64,000 nucleotides of DNA, from NCBI RefSeq assembly GCF_018977255.1, contig NW_024704743.1:61692001-61756000 (forward strand). The letters run 5' to 3'. Made by a program: the position numbers and the translations under genes. The notes beneath the pieces are model-generated. The model was given only the letters and a program-made list of their open reading frames with translations. It was not told the origin of the DNA and did not search any database. The DNA is from Callorhinchus milii (taxonomy: Eukaryota). Below are positions 63,691 through 64,000 of this stretch, piece after piece. Each line of letters begins with the position of its first letter. Position 1 is the first letter of the stretch.

Positions 63691-64000
63691 TATTATTGCA
63701 ATTCAATGCTAACCTGAGTACCAAAATAAACACTATAAAACTATTAAAAATAAAGATAAATCATTTTTAAAAATCTACCCTTTCTTTGCCTAGCATCCTG
63801 ATTTCCCTCCTATTCTCTTGTCCTTATGTTCTCTCCTTTTTGTAACTTTGTTATTATTCTTCTTTGCCTTATCTATTTCTTTTCTGACCAGTTCTAAATT
63901 TAACCTATTACTTTGCTTTTGTTCCAGACATTATTTTAGTAGGTTCAAGGGTGATTTTCAAAAATGATCTTCACTTGCTCCTAAGTGACTTTACAGTACA

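Noticed and set aside
1..64000. CRISPR arrays, operons, rRNA or other prokaryotic-type systems
   Set aside because: The sequence is vertebrate. The recurring repeats are dispersed SINE/LINE tails, not regularly spaced arrays.

Overview
Vertebrate nuclear DNA, rich in repeats and poor in genes. The tRNA-headed SINEs with L2-type tails, Deu-domain SINEs, L2/CR1 LINE fragments and Penelope-like hammerhead repeats point to a cartilaginous fish, possibly a chimaera (inference, no database search). The only convincing host coding sequences are two minus-strand exons. Each looks like exon 1 of a GABA-B receptor subunit 2 (GABBR2)-type class C GPCR. Exon 1A (20565-20239) lies in a CpG island and exon 1B (3216-2974) lies about 17 kb downstream. 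Each has its own ATG and signal-peptide-like N-terminus, encodes a highly divergent version of the first strand and helix of the Venus flytrap domain, and ends at the homologous phase-0 GT donor (YETE| versus KDTQ|). I found no exon 2 between them by eye. The main hypothesis is duplicated, mutually exclusive variable first exons splicing to shared constant exons left of the window. Secondary findings are an intact minimal hammerhead ribozyme motif in a Penelope-like insert with an 11-bp target-site duplication (TSD), a near-perfect 440-bp head-to-head SINE palindrome, several nested insertions with TSDs, a foldback-type element and palindromic MITEs. Repeat boundaries are read by eye and are approximate, and repeat family names come from recalled consensus motifs.
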